In this document: positions 48,843 through 53,999 of the stretch, piece by piece | Layout of the letters: each line of letters begins with the position of its first letter | Position numbering within the stretch: the stretch's first letter is position 1 | Virus record (IMG/VR): IMGVR_UViG_3300031519_000026 | Span: 1 to 53,999 of that record | DNA from: a virus | Taxonomy: Duplodnaviria; Caudoviricetes | Reading direction: 5' to 3' (one strand) | DNA: 53,999 nucleotides | Notes under the pieces: generated by a model | Databases searched by the model: none | What the model was told of the DNA's origin: nothing | Seen by the model: the letters and a program-made list of their open reading frames with translations, nothing else | Translations under genes and position numbers: made by a program

Positions 48843-48873
48843 AAAAATAAGGGGGTACTAAAATAGACCCCCT
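48842..48873 (-). terminator. Rho-independent terminator after the collagen fibre gene
   Basis: Minus strand AGGGGGT-10 nt loop-ACCCCCT followed by TATTTTTT. Confidence 0.8.
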
Positions 48874-48901
48874 CATTTAAACCCAACAGATCTACAAAGT
48901 T

Positions 48902-51900
48902 TTATTGAATTTTTATTTCGTCTACTTCGCCTTTTAAATCCTTAATAGCTTCAATTAAGAGGCCTACTAATGATGAATAAGCAACTGATTTAATCTTATC
49001 ATCTGAATTATCAGTGATAACTACTTGCGGGACAATCTTTTCAACTTCTTGCGCAATAAGTCCGATCTTTGCTATATCAGGATTATCTTTCATGTTAAAA
49101 GATACACCTCTCATTGCCATTACTTTCGGTAATGCTTGAGTAAGAGTTTCTATATTTGTTTTGAGTCTTCTATCAGAGTTTGTTGTAACATCACCTGAGG
49201 CAGTAAAATTGCCGGTTGCTGTATCAAAAGTAAACAACGCAGATCCGTCTGATCTTTTTTCAATCAATACCGCAGTTGTTACAGTTGTGTCAACGTCAAT
49301 ATTGAATGTTCCAGAACCAGTAGTATCAAATCCGACTTTAGTAGCTTGGTTAGTACCAAAGCCCATATAAACGTCGTTTGGTAAGTTTAAGTCTGAGGTC
49401 AATCCCGTTAACGCGCCCATAGATACTGTACCAGTAACATCCAAGTTACCACCGAGTGCTAAGTTTTCTAGGCTTAATTCATCAACATCTGATGTATAAT
49501 AGAAGTTGCTTTCACCACCTGGGTTTGGACCAGTTGTTGCTAATAATTGTCTTTGATCAGCTCCAGCTTCAAACATTGGAATGAATAGTGGAGTACCCTG
49601 TAGACCAGAAGTGTGAACGTTCTGTAGGTTACCAACACCACCTTCGTTGCCCGGTCCCTGCACACCTTGCGTACCTTGGAAACCGTAGTCACCTTGGAAG
49701 CCTTCTGTACCTTGGAAACCTTGAACACCACCACCAATAGCACCTTGGAATCCTAAGTTTCCTTGAATACCTTGTGTACCTTGATGGCCTTGCGCACCAG
49801 TTCCTGTTTGACCCTGAACGCCTTGAATACCAGTACCGTCTGTACCTTGAAAACCTTGTAAACCAGTATTACCTAAACCACCGCTAATACCCTGAAATCC
49901 TTGAAAACCTTGGAAACCAGTGAAACCCTGAACACCGCCTTGACCTTCATCTCCCGATAAGCCTTGAAAACCTAGTAAACCCTGTGTACCTTGAAGACCT
50001 TCATCACCGATACCAGCAGCACCCTGAAAACCCTGTGTACCTTGATTACCTGCGCCTGAAGGTCCTTGGAAACCGTTATCTCCTTGGAAACCTTGGAAGC
50101 CGTTAAAACCTTGAACACCTTGGTTACCTGAACCTGATATACCTTGTAAACCTCCGAAACCTTGGAAACCGCTTTCACCCTGGAAGCCTTGAACACCTTG
50201 AACGCCCTGTGTACCGAAACCGATTGGGCCTAGATTACCTTGGATACCCTGTGCAGCTTGCATACCCTGTGTACCTTGGAAACCGTCATTACCCTGGATA
50301 CCAGATGCGCCAGGAGCACCTACGCCCTGTGTACCTTGAAACCCTTGCATACCTTGGAAACCTTCGGCACCTTGGAAACCTAATAAGCCCTGAACACCTT
50401 GAGGACCGTCTCCACCGACTTCGCCCTCATCGCCAGCTGGTCCTTCTGGTCCTTGAAGACCAGTTGAACCTTGAATACCTATACCTTCATCACCTTGTAA
50501 ACCCTGAAGGCCCTGAATACCTTGCGTACCCTGAGAACCTTGTGTACCTTCACCGCCTACAAAACCCGCTGTACCTTGGAAACCGTCATTACCTTGGATA
50601 CCTGTTGTACCTTGAGGACCGTCTGCACCGATATCACCTGTTCTAGCGAATGTTATTACAACATCAGCTGCGTCAGCGAATGATCCAGCTATTGATCCGT
50701 TTACATATATACAACTAATTGAGAAATATCCAGAAACTTCTGCTAAAGCATTAATTGTGTATACTGCAAATTGATCCGGTGAACCATTAATAGATATTTT
50801 AAAGTGACCTTTAATAGGTGACGTAGAGTCATCAATAGTTCTAAGGAACGGCTGAATATCTGTAAAGTTGTCATCTCTATCATCGATGTAAAGTGATGTT
50901 GCTCCAGAAGCAGCAGCATTATTGAGCCGCATGGTACCAACACCTGGATCTCCTGCCGTAGTTGTTGAGCTAAACGTATAGTCAAATGTAACGCCACCGA
51001 AACTACCGGTCGTACCTTGAGAACCTAAATTACCCTGTAAACCTAACGAGCCCTGTACACCTTGAGGACCTATCGGACCAGGGAAACCCTGAACACCCTG
51101 TGTTCCGTCATCACCTTGTAAACCTATAGTACCTTGAATACCTTGGTTACCAGCACCAGTATCACCTTGTAAACCTAATATACCTTGAATACCCTGAAGC
51201 GATTGAATACCTTGAGTACCTTGAGGACCAAGATCTGAAGTAACAATAACTCCGCCCATTCCTGAGTGCAATTGGCATTGATAATACAAAGTAGCAGGAG
51301 AATCCCATGGAACTCTAAACGTGATAAGTCCAGAAGCTGCGCCGTTATTCGTAACACCGTCATTGAATTGAGCTCCACCGTTTGAAACTCTAATATCGAA
51401 TGGATGGCCTGGAGCATCTACGTTAAATATGTACGTAAATCCTCTGATAAGGTGAATAGTAGGATCAGCAACCGTATCTATTAGATAGTCAGAACTACCA
51501 GAGTTTATGACAGTAAATGTTCTTGCACCTTCAGCACCTTGCGTACCTTGGCTGCCTTGAATACCAGTCGTACCCTGAATAGATTGAGGACCTTGCGTAC
51601 CCTGAACGCCCTGAACTCCTTGAACGCCTTGGTGTCCTTGAACACCTTGTGTACCACGTTCTCCTGCTGGAATAAAGTTAATTACAGCTTTTGATCCGTG
51701 CTCTGCTGCTACTGTATTCCAATCATTAGCTGACACAGACGAAGAGTGAACATAGTTAACGTCAAATTCGCCCCATGTTTTAGATGCACTATCCCATGTA
51801 AAATCAGAGAATTCGTAAACTACGAAGTGGTGACCTGGAGGACCATTGTCATCGTGCTCACTTTCAATAAAGATTTGACCTTTAATTGAAGATTGATTTG

Positions 51901-53596
51901 AATCTAAGTAATCGAATAGTTCATCGACGTCATTAGTATAGTTATCTAGAGGTACATCATCAATAGTTAATTTTGTAGCAAGAGTAATATCAGCGTTGTT
52001 TATTTTCCAATTACTTGTACCAGGACTTGTATTTGCGGTTACGTTTGAAATAAAGTTCCATTCGAAAGTTAATCCACCGTGATTACCTCCAATGCCCTGA
52101 ATACCCTGGTTACCCAACGTACCCTGAAAACCTGTATCGCCTTGAATACCAGTGGTTCCTTGAGGACCCTGAAAGCCTTGTAAACCTTGCACGCCTTGAT
52201 GGCCTTGAGTTCCCTGAATACCTTGTGTACCGGTTCCACCTTGCACACCTTGAATACCTTGAACTGATTGTGTACCCTGAATACCTTGCGTACCCTGAGG
52301 GCCTTGATTTCCTTGAATACCTTTAATTCCCTGAGGGCCTTGCAAGCCTTGTAAACCTTGAATAGATTGCGGTCCTTGCGTACCCTGATTACCTAGTAAG
52401 CCTTGAATTCCCTGTATTCCTTGCAAGCCTTGTAAACCCTGAATACCTTGGAAACCTCTGTCACCTGATATATCAAATGCTACGATACATGGTAATGAAA
52501 TATATGTACCTGGGTTAGAAGGTAAATCCTCAGCAACAAAATCTTCTTTGAGACCATTACCACTTAAATAAGTAACATCTAAATCAAAGTAATTGCCATC
52601 ATCAGTAAGTCCCTGTATTGAGAATATCGCATACTTACTAGGGTTATCGCGTAATGTGAATTTCATATAACCTTTATTAGTAGAGCTAGATGAACCTATT
52701 GCGTTAAAGTAAGCTGTTAAATCAATATTAAATGTATCGCTATCAGCAATCCAAAGTTTAGTTGCACCAGTTAATGCGCCAGTATCTGCTGCTGGAGAAT
52801 TGAATACCATAAATCCAGAAGTAGCTGGACTTGGTTCTGCAAATGTGTGTCCTACATTATATTGGACAACCATTCCTGAGTCATCGCCTGAGAAACCTTG
52901 GAAACCTAAATCACCCTGGATACCTGTTGTACCTTGAATAGATTGCGGTCCTTGCGTACCCTGATTACCGAGTAAACCCTGTACACCTTGCGTACCTTGA
53001 GGGCCTTGAACGCCTTGGATACCTTGAGTACCCTGGTTTCCCTGAATACCTTGCATGCCCTGAATACCTGTTGTACCCTGGTTACCTTGAAAACCCTGAA
53101 AACCTCTATAGCCGCGAGAACCTTGAATACCTTCTTCACCAATAGTACCCTGATTACCTTGTGTACCCTGATTACCAATAAAACCTTGAATACCACGGAA
53201 TGAACCAACATTTACCCAGACTGCGCCGTCATATACCCAGAGCTCATCATCAGTATTATCAATAACACCGTTACCGAGAGCTGCACTTGGAAAAGCTGCA
53301 TTAAGAGTTGCTTGTTGATCACCGCCAGTATCGACATCGGCAACTGAGCCAATAACATCAAATCCTGGGCCGTAAGTACCTTGTGTACCCTGTAAACCAT
53401 CATCACCTTGAAGACCTGTTGTACCTTGGATGCCAGCACCAACAGCGTTCCAAGCAGTTCCGTTAGAAACATAAATTAAGCCGTCTGCCCCGAAGGCAAC
53501 GGCTCCCTTATACGGACTAGGATCTAGTTGGATAGGTACAGCTTGCGGTGTACCTTGTCCAATGATCTTACTTCCGCTTATTGAATTAAATGCCAT
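48902..53596 (-). CDS. Collagen-like (G-X-Q) tail fibre with globular inserts and C-terminal peptidase S74 intramolecular chaperone
   Basis: Several long Gly-X-Gln triplet tracts; C-terminal SDRRLK.NI..L..AL.KV...RGV.F..IGLIAQEVE..P.VV..Y..LV.LLIEAIK.L. Confidence 0.88.
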   Translation of the reverse strand: MAFNSISGSKIIGQGTPQAVPIQLDPSPYKGAVAFGADGLIYVSNGTAWNAVGAGIQGTTGLQGDDGLQGTQGTYGPGFDVIGSVADVDTGGDQQATLNAAFPSAALGNGVIDNTDDELWVYDGAVWVNVGSFRGIQGFIGNQGTQGNQGTIGEEGIQGSRGYRGFQGFQGNQGTTGIQGMQGIQGNQGTQGIQGVQGPQGTQGVQGLLGNQGTQGPQSIQGTTGIQGDLGFQGFSGDDSGMVVQYNVGHTFAEPSPATSGFMVFNSPAADTGALTGATKLWIADSDTFNIDLTAYFNAIGSSSSTNKGYMKFTLRDNPSKYAIFSIQGLTDDGNYFDLDVTYLSGNGLKEDFVAEDLPSNPGTYISLPCIVAFDISGDRGFQGIQGLQGLQGIQGIQGLLGNQGTQGPQSIQGLQGLQGPQGIKGIQGNQGPQGTQGIQGTQSVQGIQGVQGGTGTQGIQGTQGHQGVQGLQGFQGPQGTTGIQGDTGFQGTLGNQGIQGIGGNHGGLTFEWNFISNVTANTSPGTSNWKINNADITLATKLTIDDVPLDNYTNDVDELFDYLDSNQSSIKGQIFIESEHDDNGPPGHHFVVYEFSDFTWDSASKTWGEFDVNYVHSSSVSANDWNTVAAEHGSKAVINFIPAGERGTQGVQGHQGVQGVQGVQGTQGPQSIQGTTGIQGSQGTQGAEGARTFTVINSGSSDYLIDTVADPTIHLIRGFTYIFNVDAPGHPFDIRVSNGGAQFNDGVTNNGAASGLITFRVPWDSPATLYYQCQLHSGMGGVIVTSDLGPQGTQGIQSLQGIQGILGLQGDTGAGNQGIQGTIGLQGDDGTQGVQGFPGPIGPQGVQGSLGLQGNLGSQGTTGSFGGVTFDYTFSSTTTAGDPGVGTMRLNNAAASGATSLYIDDRDDNFTDIQPFLRTIDDSTSPIKGHFKISINGSPDQFAVYTINALAEVSGYFSISCIYVNGSIAGSFADAADVVITFARTGDIGADGPQGTTGIQGNDGFQGTAGFVGGEGTQGSQGTQGIQGLQGLQGDEGIGIQGSTGLQGPEGPAGDEGEVGGDGPQGVQGLLGFQGAEGFQGMQGFQGTQGVGAPGASGIQGNDGFQGTQGMQAAQGIQGNLGPIGFGTQGVQGVQGFQGESGFQGFGGLQGISGSGNQGVQGFNGFQGFQGDNGFQGPSGAGNQGTQGFQGAAGIGDEGLQGTQGLLGFQGLSGDEGQGGVQGFTGFQGFQGFQGISGGLGNTGLQGFQGTDGTGIQGVQGQTGTGAQGHQGTQGIQGNLGFQGAIGGGVQGFQGTEGFQGDYGFQGTQGVQGPGNEGGVGNLQNVHTSGLQGTPLFIPMFEAGADQRQLLATTGPNPGGESNFYYTSDVDELSLENLALGGNLDVTGTVSMGALTGLTSDLNLPNDVYMGFGTNQATKVGFDTTGSGTFNIDVDTTVTTAVLIEKRSDGSALFTFDTATGNFTASGDVTTNSDRRLKTNIETLTQALPKVMAMRGVSFNMKDNPDIAKIGLIAQEVEKIVPQVVITDNSDDKIKSVAYSSLVGLLIEAIKDLKGEVDEIKIQ

Positions 53597-53999
53597 TAGA
53601 CGTCATCCTCTTCGGCTTGACCCAACGTGAACGATAACGTAGCGTGAACTGCCAAGTTTGTATCGGCTTTAAGATTTAATAAATCGCCTGATTTGAAGAA
53701 TTGTCCGTTAAGAGGTAGCGGAATAGTATCATAACCCGGAATTTGTAGATTTCTAACCAGATAAAATTCTGCGTTAATATCTTCTCTGTGTACTTCAACG
53801 TCAACTAACACAGTGTTAGATGTGATGTTGCATAAAATGAGAGGTGAAATAACTTCACCAACACCAGGTTCAGTTGTTGTTGAACCACCAAAGACTAGCT
53901 CTGGAACTTCATAGTTCGGTACTTCTATCATTGCCAACCAATTGGTAGTCAAAGTAAAAGACTTGGCGACCGGTTTTGCATCAGGTGCCTGTGATGTTA
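53596..53999 (-). CDS. Hypothetical virion-associated protein, 5' end beyond the window
   Basis: Frame stays open to the window edge (TSQAPDAKPVAKSFTLTTNWLA...); TAATG-coupled to the collagen fibre. Confidence 0.6.
   Translation of the reverse strand, partial: TSQAPDAKPVAKSFTLTTNWLAMIEVPNYEVPELVFGGSTTTEPGVGEVISPLILCNITSNTVLVDVEVHREDINAEFYLVRNLQIPGYDTIPLPLNGQFFKSGDLLNLKADTNLAVHATLSFTLGQAEEDDV

Noticed and set aside
49640-53420. Dense 9-bp periodic ccttg repeats as a satellite or regulatory array
   Set aside because: Fully explained by Gly-X-Gln collagen codons
1-53999. Stop-codon reassignment or tRNA genes
   Set aside because: Standard-code ORFs tile the window densely with full-length conserved genes; intergenic gaps are short and AT-rich with no cloverleaf noticed

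Overview
This window is a 54-kb piece of a large T4-like (Tevenvirinae-type architecture) myophage genome, AT-rich and mostly encoded on the minus strand. Left part (1-14 kb): the canonical T4 morphogenesis block gp13-14-15-16-17-18-19-20-(two unknown genes at the gp67/68 position)-21-22-23 (gp23 truncated), with T4-type late promoters (TATAAATA). Right part (33.6-54 kb): large tail-fibre/baseplate-associated proteins, including a 2,840-aa repeat fibre and a Gln-rich collagen fibre with a cupredoxin-like domain. Between them (15-33.6 kb) is an accessory island. It holds a small sugar-nucleotide/methyltransferase/glycosidase module, two Fe/2OG-type oxygenases, NINE radical-SAM enzymes in two convergent operons, and two paralogous ~137-aa proteins ending in CHxSCHSSCHTSRGRR. 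Both operons have TATAAATA boxes upstream, and the two Cys/His-repeat proteins directly follow the giant fibre gene. My leading interpretation, which is inference and not proven, is a phage-encoded RiPP-like post-translational modification system that matures virion-associated proteins. All product calls come from motif recognition by eye; no database searches were run.
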